In this document: in pieces, positions 1 through 11,632 of the stretch | Layout: each line of letters begins with the position of its first letter | How positions within the stretch are numbered: the stretch's first letter is position 1 | Assembly (NCBI GenBank): GCA_963823665.1 | Contig: CAWGMQ010000006.1 | Span: 160,001-224,000 of the forward strand | DNA length: 64,000 nucleotides | Direction of reading: 5' to 3' | From: an uncultured Planctomycetota bacterium | Lineage (GTDB): Bacteria; Planctomycetota; Planctomycetia; Isosphaerales; Isosphaeraceae | Translations under genes and position numbers: made by a program | Notes under the pieces: model-generated | Told to the model about the DNA's origin: nothing | The model's input: only the letters and a program-made list of their open reading frames with translations | The model's database searches: none

Positions 1-363
1 AGGGAGGGGGACGAAGGCAGCCAAGATGATGAGCGCGAGCAGGACTGTACGACCGAAAGCGTCGGTACGAAACAGGAAAAACGCCAGCAAGATTCCGAGG
101 GGAAGTGCGATCGCCTCGGTTTCGAGCACGAGCTTGGTGGTCTCGAGTGCGAGCGATTTCTGTCGCGCGAGGGTTCCCGAGTCTCGAAGGAAGCTCGAGG
201 CGCCTACGGCGTCGATTGCGTTACCTGAGGCGGGCTGTGCGTTTTCGTCGCCGGCGAGGGCACGCCGTGCTTCCTGGACGGTTGCGAGCGTGGGCCAGCC
301 CACGACCGCTGCCAGAGCGATGGCGAGAAGGGCTCCGCCAGAGAAACTCAGAATCCGGCTCAA
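1..363 (-). CDS. ABC transporter permease (Fe3+/thiamine-type), N-terminal part, runs off window edge
   Basis: Reverse translation gives hydrophobic segments ...ALPLGILLAFFLFRTDAFGRTVLLALIILAAFVPLP; TTG start overlaps the stop of the upstream epimerase. Confidence 0.65.
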   Translation of the reverse strand, partial: MSRILSFSGGALLAIALAAVVGWPTLATVQEARRALAGDENAQPASGNAIDAVGASSFLRDSGTLARQKSLALETTKLVLETEAIALPLGILLAFFLFRTDAFGRTVLLALIILAAFVPLP

Positions 364-1184
364 TCGCGCAATCCCGCTGCCCGCATGAGGGATGCGGTGT
401 TCGTGTATGCCTCAGTGACCCACTCCACGATTCTATCGGGCTCGGGCGAATACTCCAATTCGATCGAAACTGCAGCGTTGGGAATGTCCAAGCGCTTGAT
501 CGCGGCGAGATATGGGGGAAAGTCGACGACGCCGTGCCCGGGCGGGAGGTCGCCGTGCACCTTGCCGTTGCAATCAGAGATATGAACGTGAGCCACTTTA
601 CCCTTGAGCTGATCGATCAATCCCGCCGGCTGGTGCGCGAGAGCGAGGTGGGAGATGTCGAGGTTGGCCTTGACCGACGGGCGGTCGACTTCGTGGAGAA
701 ACCTCGCCATGCTGGCCACGTCGTTCAAGAGCGAAAGCGGGAACGGCTCGAGCTCGAGTGCGATCTCGATGCCGAGCTCGGTGGCGAGCTCTCCGAGTGT
801 CTGGACGTGCGCGACGGCGGTTCGCCACTGTTCTTCGGGAGGGATGACTTCCTTCTGCCAGATATATTCACCGAGGACGAGGAGGACATTACTGGCCTCG
901 AAGAGGAAAGCCAGGTCGAGGTAGGCGCGTACGCGGTCCAGGTGGAAGCGCTGGACGCTGGGGTTGAAGTCGATGAGTCCGACCGCGACGCAAGCCAGGC
1001 TGACGATCGGCAGGTTGGCTTTACGGCACTCGGACATGATGAGTTTCTTTTCGTCCACGTCGATGTCGAGCGGGTCTGCGAAAATGTCAATCGAATCGAA
1101 GCCGACCTTCCTGGTCTCACGGATTCCGAAAGCGGTTCCGCGGCCGGACTGGACCCAGGCCGAGTTGATGAGTCCGAGCTTCAT
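360..1184 (-). CDS. Sugar phosphate isomerase/epimerase (xylose-isomerase-like TIM barrel, tagatose 3-epimerase family)
   Basis: MKLGLINSAW start; ALELEPF, NLDISH, HVHISD and HGDLPPGHG metal-binding motifs; ATGA overlap with kinase stop. Confidence 0.85.
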   Translation of the reverse strand: MKLGLINSAWVQSGRGTAFGIRETRKVGFDSIDIFADPLDIDVDEKKLIMSECRKANLPIVSLACVAVGLIDFNPSVQRFHLDRVRAYLDLAFLFEASNVLLVLGEYIWQKEVIPPEEQWRTAVAHVQTLGELATELGIEIALELEPFPLSLLNDVASMARFLHEVDRPSVKANLDISHLALAHQPAGLIDQLKGKVAHVHISDCNGKVHGDLPPGHGVVDFPPYLAAIKRLDIPNAAVSIELEYSPEPDRIVEWVTEAYTNTASLMRAAGLRD

Positions 1185-2743
1185 GATGCGTTCTCCGATT
1201 CGGTTGCCTGGGCGGCTTCCTGCTGGCGCCTGGAGCGGCGACGCCGCTCGGGATCGGGCTCGCGCGGGAGGCGAACGGTGAAACAACTCCCTTTTCCCGG
1301 CGTGGATTGCACGTCGATGGAGCCTCGATGTTCCTGGACAATGCCGTAGCTGATCGAGAGGCCCAGGCCGGTTCCTTCGCCCAGGGGCTTGGTGGTGAAG
1401 AACGGGTCGAAGATCCGCTCGCGGTAGGCCGGGTCGATGCCGGAGCCCGTATCGATGACCTCGATTCGCACGCCATCGGTTGCGGGCTCTGCTCGAGTGC
1501 GAACCGTGACGGAATCGTCGGATTTGCACGCGTCGATGGCGTTCATGAGCAGGTTGACGACGACCTGGTGGACCTTCGCGCCACGGCAGCGGACCGGGGG
1601 GAGCGGCTCGAGCTCGGCGGTCAGGCGAACGCCGCGTTTGCGGGCGTAGCCTTGGACCATGTTCATCGAGCTTTCAATTCCGGGATTCAAGTCGACTTCG
1701 TTCCACTCGCCTTCGTCGACCCTGGCGAAGAGTCGGAGGTCTTTGACGATGCGCTCGATGCGTCTCAAGCCTTCGCGGGTTCGCCCAATCAACTGGGGGA
1801 GGTTGTCCAGGGAATAGTCCAGATCGAGTGCTTCGCTCACCTGATCGATCTGGTCCAGGATCGCGCGTTCCTGGGGATCTTCGGACCTCTTCAAGTCGCG
1901 GTAGAAGCGGATCAAAGCGATCAAGTCTTTCAAGTCACGTTCCAGCACGGCGACGTTGTTGCTGACGAATGCGAGCGGGTTGTTGATCTCGTGCGCGACG
2001 CCGGCGACGAGCTGGCCCAGGCTGGCGAGCTTCTCGGTCTCGACCATTCGGCTCTGGGCGGCCTTGAGCGCTTCGTGGGCCTGGCGCTCGGATTCGGCCA
2101 GTTCCTGGAGCGTGATGTTCTGGCGTTTGAGGGTCTCTTCGGCGCGCATGCGCTCGGTGACGTTCCAGAAGATTCCCTGGACTCCGATGGGCGTTCCATC
2201 GGGACTGAAGAGGGGCGTTTTCATGACCTGAACATAGAGCTTGTCGCCCTTGGGAGTCACGTGCTCCTCGACGATGTCGATGGGCTGGCCCCTGGCGAGC
2301 ACGTCCTTGTCGTCCCGGCGGTATTTCTCGGCGAGCTCTTTGGGGAAGAAGTCGAGATCGGTCTTTCCCTTGATTTCATCGAGCGTGTGCCCGAGCTCGG
2401 CACAGAACTTCTGGTTGGCGAATGTGAAGCGGCCTTCGAGGTCTTTGCAGAGGATCATCTGGGGAATCGTCTCTACGAGCGAGTGATAGAAGACCTCGGT
2501 CTGCTGGGAAGTGCTGTCGGAGAATCTTCGATCCGCCGTGGAGAGTTGGGCCGACTCAAAGCGGCGCGACTGGCTAAGCCACCACCAGGCGTGAAGTGCG
2601 AGACTCGCCGAGAGCAAGAGGAAGAAGATGGTCCAGAGTACGGGCGACGGCGGTTCGACCACCGCCCATAAAGCGATGACAGGTGGTTCGAGGGTAAGAG
2701 CTGTGATTGCGAGTGCCACTTTGGGGTTATCCGGTGAACTCAT
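1181..2743 (-). CDS. PAS-domain sensor histidine kinase (NtrB-like)
   Basis: N-terminal TM, PAS (KDLEGRFTFAN), H-box GVAHEINNP, NLLMNAIDA, DTGSGI, FFTTK, GTGLGL; start may be GTG at 2719. Confidence 0.92.
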   Translation of the reverse strand: MSSPDNPKVALAITALTLEPPVIALWAVVEPPSPVLWTIFFLLLSASLALHAWWWLSQSRRFESAQLSTADRRFSDSTSQQTEVFYHSLVETIPQMILCKDLEGRFTFANQKFCAELGHTLDEIKGKTDLDFFPKELAEKYRRDDKDVLARGQPIDIVEEHVTPKGDKLYVQVMKTPLFSPDGTPIGVQGIFWNVTERMRAEETLKRQNITLQELAESERQAHEALKAAQSRMVETEKLASLGQLVAGVAHEINNPLAFVSNNVAVLERDLKDLIALIRFYRDLKRSEDPQERAILDQIDQVSEALDLDYSLDNLPQLIGRTREGLRRIERIVKDLRLFARVDEGEWNEVDLNPGIESSMNMVQGYARKRGVRLTAELEPLPPVRCRGAKVHQVVVNLLMNAIDACKSDDSVTVRTRAEPATDGVRIEVIDTGSGIDPAYRERIFDPFFTTKPLGEGTGLGLSISYGIVQEHRGSIDVQSTPGKGSCFTVRLPREPDPERRRRSRRQQEAAQATESENAS

Positions 2744-3831
2744 CGAAGCGCACAACGCGGTGCTCTCGCGCCGGCCAGGACGGCTTCGCAAAGAGCGATT
2801 GTTTTCAAGTTGTCGCTGCCGGGGATATCGGGCTCTTTGCCGGTCTCAACGGCGTGCAGCAAGCTTCCCATGGTGCCGGCGAAGGCGTGGGGAAACCAGG
2901 CTTCTTCCCACCGTGGGCGATGCCAGACGCCCAGGTCACGGATTGTCGAGTAGTCGATTGTGCTGGGGATTCGCTCCGGCCAGCCAGGCCAGCCGATCGC
3001 GCCGGAGGCCAATCCTTCGGTGCCCTCGAAGCGCCACTTCACGGCGATTTCGGACGCGGCGCCCTCGCGCGCGGGGCCGGCCCAGACGTCATCCCAGCCG
3101 GTCGCGCGAGCTCCGCCCTGGTATTCGAGCACGTAGAGGTTGATGCCGTCGGTATGCGGGAATCGAGTGCGCGGGTCGGGACGGGTGCTCGCGAGCACGC
3201 GAAGAGGGTCACCGAGCCAGTACCGGAAGGTATCCAGGTGATGAATGCTCATGAGGAAGGTGGAGAGAGAGCGGCCTCCCTGGGCCCAGGGCATCCAGTG
3301 GGGTATCGCGCGCATCTCGATCGACGCCAGCACCGGCTCTCCCAGTACGCGGTCGTCGATCAGAGACTTCAGCGCGCGCACCGATTGGTCGTATCGCATA
3401 TTCTGATTCACTTGCAGCAGAACACCCGCGCGGTCGCAGGCCGCGACAATGCGCACCGCCTCGGCGTAGGACATGGCAAGGGGTTTCTGGGCCAGAATTC
3501 CGCGGACCGTGCGGGCCCGATCGACCACTCGGTCGATGATCTTGGGCTGCTCGAGGGGAGGCACGGCGATGTCGACGATCTCGACCGCGTTGTCGTCGAG
3601 CAGCTCGTCGAGATTGCAGTAGACTCTGGGTATGCCCGCGAGCGCGGCGGTTTCCCTTGCGTTTTCGATCGATCGCGAGGTGAGTCCCACGACGCGAAAG
3701 CCGGCATCGGCGTAAGCGGGAAGATGGCAGTCGCGAACGATGAAGCCGGCGCCCACGACTGCGATCCCCAGTCCGCGTCCTTGCCGCGGTGGAGGCAGAT
3801 GTTTCAAGTTGATGGTTTGGTTTGTCGTCAT
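2740..3831 (-). CDS. Gfo/Idh/MocA family oxidoreductase
   Basis: IAVVGAGFIV Rossmann motif, LAQKP, IHHLD; C-terminal third of the fused ORF 2740..6897; last codons probably frameshifted. Confidence 0.85.
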   Translation of the reverse strand: MTTNQTINLKHLPPPRQGRGLGIAVVGAGFIVRDCHLPAYADAGFRVVGLTSRSIENARETAALAGIPRVYCNLDELLDDNAVEIVDIAVPPLEQPKIIDRVVDRARTVRGILAQKPLAMSYAEAVRIVAACDRAGVLLQVNQNMRYDQSVRALKSLIDDRVLGEPVLASIEMRAIPHWMPWAQGGRSLSTFLMSIHHLDTFRYWLGDPLRVLASTRPDPRTRFPHTDGINLYVLEYQGGARATGWDDVWAGPAREGAASEIAVKWRFEGTEGLASGAIGWPGWPERIPSTIDYSTIRDLGVWHRPRWEEAWFPHAFAGTMGSLLHAVETGKEPDIPGSDNLKTIALCEAVLAGARAPRCALR

Positions 3832-3931
3832 CGCAGGCAGACCCACGCCGAAGCATGGGCGTCCTGCCCTCTTCGCGCATCGATCGTGGCGGTCATCGCA
3901 GTGCGAAGCAGACGCGACGCACAAGCTGAAG

Positions 3932-4821
3932 TTAGTGTGCGTGGACCTCCGTGTCCAGGGGGAGGCGTTCGGCGGCGCGCGTGTGGTGTGCGTCCACCCG
4001 GCCGACGGGCTGGAACCAGCGGGCGAACTCGGCTTCGACCGTGCGGCCACTGACCGCACGAGCGGCGCGGCCGATTGAAAGCGCAGGCGCAGAATTGCCA
4101 TGGTGATCACCGCGGCTTTCCACAGGAAAAGCCATGCCGGCGGGCTGGCGATTGAGATGAGTCCCAGCCCGAGGAGTGCCACGGTGACGACGTGGATTTC
4201 GCAGGCCTTGAACGCTGGCCAGGTCAATGCGGCGCGGCCGCTCGCTGGCCAGGGAGCGGGCTTCTGAGGACGGCCGCCTGCCCCGCCCTTGACCCGATAG
4301 TTTCCGTGTGTGATCTTCAATCGCTGGAAAAACGCCTTGTACCGGCAATCGTTGTGCAACGCGAGGCCCATCCATCCCAGGCCGATTGCAAACCCCGCGA
4401 TTGACCAGCGGGGCTCGGCGAGCCGGACTGCCAGACCGCATCCCAGTGCGAAACCGATTGTGAGATTCGCGACGTGGTGCATCAGGTAGTCGAGGTAGAC
4501 GCCGTCGAGGCTGGCGGTGCCTCGCCAGCGCGCGACCTGCCCGTCGACATGGTCGAGCCAGTACCCGAGTTGAGCGAGCGTGACGCCAATGACGAAGAAA
4601 AGCCGATCCCCGGTTCCGATCGCGACGGAGGACATGAGCCAGCAAAACAGAGCGGCCAGGGTCACCTGGTGAGCGGTCAATCCGAGTCGAACCGCGATCC
4701 AGCAGCCGTAGACCGCTGACGGGCGGGCGACTCTTCGAGCCAGCCAGTTTCCGATTTCTCGATGACGGTCCTTGTGCACCCGTGCTTTGAGCTCAGCGAT
4801 GGTTGGTCCAGGGACGGTCAT
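3932..4821 (-). CDS. CDP-alcohol phosphatidyltransferase family protein (frameshift near 4085)
   Basis: DHVDGQVARWRG...G.YLD signature (DG-x2-A-R-x8-G-x3-D); C-terminus lies in frame 3932..4645. Confidence 0.85.
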
Positions 4822-6741
4822 CGCGTGGCGGCTCCGGGCGGCCTGGTCGTGATCGTTTCGGCCGCGCAGAGCGCTCGTCGGGGCCGATCGATTCACAAGC
4901 TCATAAATGGAGTAGTGGCGAATGACACCATCGGCGTCGGCGAGCTTCTTCTGAAAGAGCGGCTGGCGGAGCGTCGTCCAGGATTGCAGAAGGCGCCCAA
5001 GAGTTGGGTCGAACTCGACGGAGAGGTCGTTCATCGGCGGGCAGAGCATCACGTGCGTGAAACCCGACCGGATCAGATGGGCGACGACTTCGCGGGCTGG
5101 CTCCCCACTCTTGCCCAAGCCAGTGCGGCGGCGATGGGCCAGCTCCATGGTGTAATCGCGGGGGATGTAGAAGCCGCGGTGGTCCTGGCCGATGATCCGG
5201 GCATCTGCCGGCAGGTTCGAGGCGACCCATTGCCCGACCGCGTAGGTTGGCTCACGTCGCGCGAGGAAATCCGAAACCGATTCGAGCCGAAACAGAACAG
5301 AAAGCCCATGCCGAGCCCGGACGGCCGCCAGGCTCGCCTCAAAGCCCAAGGCCAGGATCAGGCTACCCAGAAGGCAGCGAGTCGCCAGTGTTTTTCGTTG
5401 GCACCAGATGCTGGCAAGGTAGGCGACTGCGACGCACAGCGGTCCGAGCGCAATGAGCAGGAATCGCATGCTCTGGCGCTGCGTCATGCAGAGGGTCAGA
5501 AAGAGATAACCCAGGATCGCCAGCGCCCAGACGCGGCGCGGAGCGCGCTCGAAGAACAGCGCAGGAAGGAAGAGCAGGAAGATCGGTCCGAACTGGTGCG
5601 AGAAGCTGTCAAAACGATCGGGCGCGATCGAGAGCGGCACGATGGCAAGAAGCAGGTTGAGTGGGCTGACTGGGAGCGGGCGTTTGGCCGGGTCCAGTAC
5701 CTCGTCCAGACCTGCGCCGCCAAAGAAGCCACGGAAGAACGGATAGACCGGATTGCCGGTATGCATATAAGCCCGGAGGTACCACCAGACGCCCACCGCG
5801 AGTGTAGTCGCGACGAAGGTAAGCGCCAGGGCTGGCCAAGGGGTCCGTCGAACGGTTGGATCAGGAGTTCTGCGATCCAGGGTACGGAGCGCGATTCCGG
5901 CCGCGAGCAACGCGCACAAGACGAGCGCAGGATACTTAACACCGGCGGCGAGGCCTGCGAAGAGACCTGCGGTGATCGCGGCTCGATAGCTGGGCTCGCT
6001 GTGCAAACGGCTGCAGGCGAAGACGGCCGCCATTCCGAACGCGGCCAAGGCGACGTCATTGAGCGGCGCCGCCATCCCGTTCGAGACGGCCGGCACGAGG
6101 AGCATCAAGGCCCCGGCCCACCAAGCACGGCTGCCAAGGCTGGGCCTGGCAAGTGCCGTGACGTTGGCTGCGAGCGCGAGCCCCAAGAACCACTGGATCC
6201 CGCGACATGCCACCGGCCCTCGGATCTCGAGCGCGAGAGCATAGAGCAGCTCGGTCACCAGTGGATAGACGCTTTCGTGCAGATCTGGCAGAAACCCGAT
6301 CGAGCCTTTGATCAGGAATGCCTTGGGCACTTGGAGATGGTAGCACAAGGCATCGCCGTCGGTTACCGGGGCGACTGCCGCAACGGCGGTCGCCAGGAGG
6401 ACCAGGCTGGAAATGAGTGCGATTGCACCGCCAGGGAAGCGAAATGACTGTTGGCGGAAGAACTCGCGAGTGCAGGCGCCGAATCGACGGAGGAGGCGGA
6501 TCGCGCTGATCGCGCCAAGCTCGGTGAAGACCGCCAGCAGGATCGTCACGCCAAGCAGGTTGAGGCAGGATAGCTCACCCAGGGCGAGCGCACCGAGCGA
6601 GGCCGCACCCATTCCAAGCGGCATAGCCAGAGCAGCGGCATCGAGCGGGTGCTCGGGTGTTTGGCCGAGCCAGTCCAGAAGCCGTTTGCCGACTCCCAGA
6701 GTGATCAGCGTCAGTAGAGCGGCGAAGCCAAAATCGATCAT
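4818..6741 (-). CDS. Polytopic membrane glycosyltransferase (GT-C/ArnT-like)
   Basis: Many TM helices; DALCYHL, NDV, GVKY, TGNPVYPF motifs; an alternative-frame TGA overlapping the next ATG suggests an indel near 4880. Confidence 0.7.
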
Positions 6742-6784
6742 GAGTGGTAGGCCGTCGGGTGGAGAGAATTCGGCTGCGGCTCGT

Positions 6785-7507
6785 TCAACAGTGCCGGTCG
6801 AGAACCGCAACGCAGAATTGCGACGCTCTTTGATCACGATCCATGGGAATCGGCCCGGATTCGCCCAGCTCGATCCCTCGGGCGCTGTACCAGGCAACCG
6901 TGTCGTAGCCGTAACGGTTATAGCTGCTGTCCGTTTCTTCGTTGTGGGCCGCGTATCGACGGGCCACCCGCAGCACCTCCTGGCGGATTGTCTCGGCCGC
7001 CGGCGGCGGGTTGTGGAGGATCACCGCGGAAGTGACGACCATGTCGAACGACCGATCAGGGAAAGGGAGTCGCTCCGCGCGTCCCAGCACGAGAGTGAAC
7101 CGGGATTCCGGCGCCAGAAAACCCCGCGCCGCTTCAAGCTGGGTTGGACTGAAGTCGATGCCGGTGAGCGGGACTTCAACCCGAGCGGCCAACTCGTGGA
7201 GCACCCGTCCGTAACCGCAGCCGATCTCCAGGATCGATTCGGGCTGATACGAAGCCAGCCGCTGCGCCACCCAGGCCGCACGCAGCACACGGGATTCCTG
7301 GCCTTCCTGTTCGCGAAAGTAATCATCGCCCCCGCGCAATGTCCAATACCTGCGGGGATCGGCGTATAGGAGTCGACGTTTCCAGGACGGCCAGCGGCGC
7401 AGTGAACGCCTCAGCGTTTTATGCCAAGCATACTCGATGCCGTGCGACTGAATTGCCTTGAGCGCTCGAGTCGGCAACGACGAGCGTGCGCGTGCGTGAA
7501 GAGCCAT
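6785..7507 (-). CDS. Class I SAM-dependent methyltransferase
   Basis: ILEIGCGYG, GIDFS, LPFPDRSFDMV motifs; start uncertain (ORF extends to 7615). Confidence 0.88.
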   Translation of the reverse strand: MALHARARSSLPTRALKAIQSHGIEYAWHKTLRRSLRRWPSWKRRLLYADPRRYWTLRGGDDYFREQEGQESRVLRAAWVAQRLASYQPESILEIGCGYGRVLHELAARVEVPLTGIDFSPTQLEAARGFLAPESRFTLVLGRAERLPFPDRSFDMVVTSAVILHNPPPAAETIRQEVLRVARRYAAHNEETDSSYNRYGYDTVAWYSARGIELGESGPIPMDRDQRASQFCVAVLDRHC

Positions 7508-7780
7508 GCCACCATCCTCGGAAGACTGCGCTGCACTGTGACGCGACCTGCCGAACCCGGCCGGAATGGATGGAGCGGCAGACTCCTTGGCCGGCCAGGC
7601 AGGTACTCTGATCACGCGAGCGCGACGGGAGTTTACAGACGCGCCGGTAAGGGGTCAAGGCAGGCTCTCGCTGAGTCGCGAATGACAACTGAGGCCCGGA
7701 TACATAGAATGGAGCAACCGACGCATTCGGAACACAACATTGCGAAGCGGAGCGACAAAGCCGGAAAGGACGACTTGATT

Positions 7781-8337
7781 ATGGGAGTTGGTTTCGGACG
7801 ATCGAGTGTGGCGGACGTGACGTTTCAGGTGTTCAATCGCTCGTTACATCCCGAATGGTTCACGACGCGCGAATTTCGTAGGGTCGAACAAAAACGATGG
7901 TCGGCAGACGCGCGGATTGTTGAAGGTGGCCACGTCGTGGCTTTCTCGTGCGGTGCGGTTCGCCTGACCGAAGTCCTCTGCGGTCCTGAGACGGTCTTAC
8001 CGGAGCCTGGGCGACTCTTTCACTCCCATCTCCGCCGCGAACGATCGGCGATGCTGAGGCCTGACGGAACCGTCGAGTATCAATGTTGTCTCGAAGTCGA
8101 GCGAGTAGACGTCGAGATTTTCCTCCACCTTTGTGAAGAGATCGCGCTGACCGCATCCGGGAACCGGCTCTTCCGGCGTTTTCCGGCTTCGAATCGGCTG
8201 GCGCCCCCCCGATCAGCCACATTGAACTGAGCGCCTCCGGCGCCGTCCTGTCGATTCAGTGCTTCCACTCCTTTCCAAACGAATGCGCAATCGTTCGAAC
8301 GCAGTCGTTGTTCGAGTTCAAGACACGGTCGAATTGA
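7781..8337 (+). CDS. DUF2617-like protein (frameshift in C-run near 8205)
   Basis: RSLHPEWF...GHVV...; after the shift reads FHSFPNECAIVRTQSLFE. Confidence 0.7.
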
Positions 8338-9139
8338 GTCGAGACAGAAACCCTGCTGAACGGATTGACGCTTCCCGTGTAGATTTCGATCATCGCGCCG
8401 TTGACACACGCGAACTTGCCAGGAAGCCATAATTTCAGCCTGCGCCGATCAGCTTTTTTCGCCGAGTGGGATCGATTGCGTCGCGAGCCCGCGTCCGGAT
8501 GCGTTTCGTGTGAGCCGACATGGTTGACTCGGCGCGACTTCGCTTGTAGATTGCCGCAAAGATTCTTCTTTTCTTCTTCAATACTTCGTCCGGGTGCCGT
8601 GTCACGAGATGACGTCCGGTGCGATTCCGTGCATCGCAGTGAACGATGCGGTTGCGCGACGCCAAACGTCGATCAAACCGAATTCGTTCCGTTCTCAATG
8701 GGAAAGTTAGATCAATAGCGTCGATAAAGGGTCAGTCGATTCGAACGATCGTTACAGGCGGTGATCCCGGCTCAGAAGCTGGCCCTGACCTCTGACGTGC
8801 GTTCGACCGTCGGGCAGAACCGCAGGGGGCTCGATTAGTGATCAGGCGGATACAGAACCGAAAATGATCTGAGTAGACATGTCCTTAGCCACTGAAGCAG
8901 ACGCCCCACCAGCGAAAAAAGTCGAAAAAATGTTGACGGCTGTTGCCGGCCATAAGTAACGACGGCGTCAAGCGCACGCAGTGTCACGAGGCCGTCGCAG
9001 CCGGCGTCGCGGCTGGTTTTTCGCCAAAATTCGGTTGGCGTGGTTCAGCCAGGCGATTATCTTGCGTACCGTTCAATTGAGTGTTGATTGCCCCCGGTGT
9101 CGCGGGTGTGCGAGTTGGCATCCCAGGAGCACTGCCAAG

Positions 9140-10331
9140 ATGCCTCATCTGTTTCGGGTTGACCGGGTTCGCGGGTGTTTGTTGGGTTTGGCGGTGGGGG
9201 ACGCTCTGGGCGCTCCACTCGAGGGGTTGAGCCCGCAGCAGATCAAGACACACTACGGTCGCGTCACGAACTACGTCGATGGCGTGGCGGCGTGGCGGCG
9301 GAAGCCGCATCGCTGGCGGATGCCCGGCTTGTACACTGACGACACGCAACAGGCCCTAGCTTTATGTTGTGTCCTGCTGGAGTGCCGCCGCGTCGACCAA
9401 GAACGGCTTGCCGATCTTTACATGAGCCTGATGACGCCGAAGGGTCCATTCTCAGGCGCGCATCGAGGCATTGGCCGTAGTTTTCGACACGTCCTCTCAT
9501 CCCTTGAGCAGGGCGTGCCCGCGAACTTGGCCGGCCAACCCACGGCGGGCATTGGGGCGGCGATGCGGATCGCCCCAGTGGCTCTCTACTTCGGTGATGA
9601 GAACCGGCTCAATGTTTGATTCGGTGATGGCAGCCAGTCTGATGACGCATCGCGACATTCGCAGCTTGAGCGGTGCACTGGCGGTTGCGCACGGCGTCCG
9701 TCGACTCGCCGCCGGCGAGCGACGAGAGCCCAGCCTGCTCTTCAGGGTTGCCGCCGATCTCCTGAAGGATGAGGCGCGGATCGCGGCGGATTTTGGCGTC
9801 CAAGTCTTGAAGTTCGACCGCCATGCAGGTGGTCTGTCGCGGGCAATCGCTCACGCCGAGGGGATACTGGATCTGCCGACAGAGCACGCTCTGCCTTCGC
9901 TTGTGACCGAAGCCAACCGCCACGGTGCGGATCCCGTCTGCCGCCGAGCGACAATGGGATTCCCACCCGCCTGCATCCCCACCTGCTTCTATCTCTTGAT
10001 GACCACCGACTCGTTTGAAGAGGCGATCACTGAGGTCATCAACCTGGGCGGCGATACGGACACTTCCGCCGCGATTCTCGGCGCCCTCGCTGGCGCCTAT
10101 TACGGCGTTGACGCCATCCCCGAGCGATGGCTCGACGGGCTCCAAAATCGTGAAGGCATCGATGCGTGGGCGATTGCGCTGGCCCATCGCTCGCGTCGAG
10201 GAATTCACATCCCGGACTTGATCAGTACCGAACGATGTCTCACCCAGAAGGAAGGGGAGAGCTTTGAGGCGTTCGCCTCGGTCACAAGAACGGCCGACGA
10301 CCGGGATGCCGAGGACCACCACATCCTTTGA
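9140..10331 (+). CDS. ADP-ribosylglycohydrolase (DraG/ARH family), frameshift near 9605
   Basis: GLAVGDALG, YTDDTQ, GAAMRIAP, GGDTDT...GALAGA motifs split across two frames. Confidence 0.9.
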
Positions 10332-10617
10332 GCCCAACGATGCGGCGATCGGAGTTTTTCGTCCCAATCGCTTGGGCGGCAACCTTCTTGCCTCTATCCG
10401 GCGCCTGAGACGACCGAATTGTTTAGCGCACGGCGTGCCCTTTCCCGGATACCGACGCGCGGGTAGAATGCAAGAAACAAGTGCGATTGCGTGGGTGCGC
10501 CTGGCGGTATGAGCATCAGAGCCTGCTCGGCGTGCCACCACCGGGTAGCCCTGTTATGCCTGCCCAGAACCCATTTCTTCTCCCCGTTCGCCGGCAGTTC
10601 TGGGAGACTATTCGGCA

Positions 10618-11142
10618 ATGAGTCGGATCAGCGGCGACCAGGTCCGGAAGAAGCTTGACGAAGCCGAAGGCTACTTGATGCTCGACCTCGCCCCCCGGGC
10701 ACTCGAAATTCTCGAGAGTCAGCAAGATTGGTTGAGTATGCAGTTCGAGGCGAGCCTGCTCAAGGGGGAAGCGCTTCGCGCTCTCAACCGATACCGCGAT
10801 GCGCTTCGACCGCTCGAAATCGCGGCCACACTGCGACCCGGCGACTCACGGGTAGCGCTCGCCCTGGGCTGGTGCTTTAAGCGCACTAATCGCCTCGCTC
10901 AAGCGATCGATTCGCTTGAGCGCGCTCTGAGAGAACACCCCGACGAGGCGCTGTTGCACTATAATCTGGCGTGCTACTGGAGCTTGGCCGCGAACGGTCC
11001 GAAAGCGCTCGGGGAATTGTCCACCGCGCTTGATCTCGACCCTGCGCTTCGCGCCTTGGTCACAGGCGAGTCAGATTTCGACGGCCTGAGAGGCAATCCG
11101 GAGTTCGAGCGCCTCATATCTGGACGCGCGCCGCAAACCTAG
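10618..11142 (+). CDS. Tetratricopeptide repeat protein
   Basis: TPR helices; terminal HYNLACYWSL...ESDFDGLRGNPEF pattern. Confidence 0.85.
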   Translation: MSRISGDQVRKKLDEAEGYLMLDLAPRALEILESQQDWLSMQFEASLLKGEALRALNRYRDALRPLEIAATLRPGDSRVALALGWCFKRTNRLAQAIDSLERALREHPDEALLHYNLACYWSLAANGPKALGELSTALDLDPALRALVTGESDFDGLRGNPEFERLISGRAPQT

Positions 11143-11302
11143 CCCAGACAGATGTTTACATCGAGGATCGGTCTGCGGGCTCTGCCCAAGATGCGAAGAC
11201 ATTTCCGTGCCCCGCGCCCGCCCGCTGCACAATACTCGGCCGACTCGGCACCCACGTCTTCGGCGAACAACTCGGCGAACCGGTCGGACGTAACCTCCCG
11301 CC

Positions 11303-11632
11303 TCACGATTCATCAAGGATTCGCTGTGTGATCTCGCGTTCGCAGATCTTGCACCACTTCCAACGCTTGGTGCCGATCAATCCGTCCAGGTGCTCGATTG
11401 CCACCCGAACCGATTTGAACCAGATCTTCGTCTCGTTCTCGCCAACTCGTTCGAGCTTGCTGCATCGAGCGAAATGCAACAGATTGAGCGGAGCACGTGC
11501 GTTGCGGGGCTTTCCGTTGGATTCTGGGACCGCGCCGTGGAAAATGAATCCGATCGCCTCCAATCGCGTCTCCGAGAACTCTTCGGAAGATTCCAGGGTA
11601 CGAACCGCTGGTAACTTTTGTTGAGTCAGCAT
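11303..11632 (-). CDS. Hypothetical protein with H-x3-C and CxxC
   Basis: Protein-like 109-aa ORF, LLHFARC...WCKIC. Confidence 0.6.
   Translation of the reverse strand: MLTQQKLPAVRTLESSEEFSETRLEAIGFIFHGAVPESNGKPRNARAPLNLLHFARCSKLERVGENETKIWFKSVRVAIEHLDGLIGTKRWKWCKICEREITQRILDES

Noticed and set aside
2740..6897. Apparent 1385-aa GT-C / CDP-alcohol transferase / dehydrogenase fusion
   Set aside because: Linkers are out-of-frame junk; plausible stops exist in alternative frames (4818, 3932), so this is three genes joined by indels.
8400..8960. Basic 87-aa ORF (8435..8698) and mini-ORF MSTQIIFGSVSA as a leader peptide
   Set aside because: No recognisable family, poor RBS spacing and no attenuator structure identified.
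9140..10331. ADP-ribosylglycohydrolase as antidote to the ART-like gene or partner of SIR2
   Set aside because: Lies 19-42 kb away in a housekeeping context; no linkage evidence.
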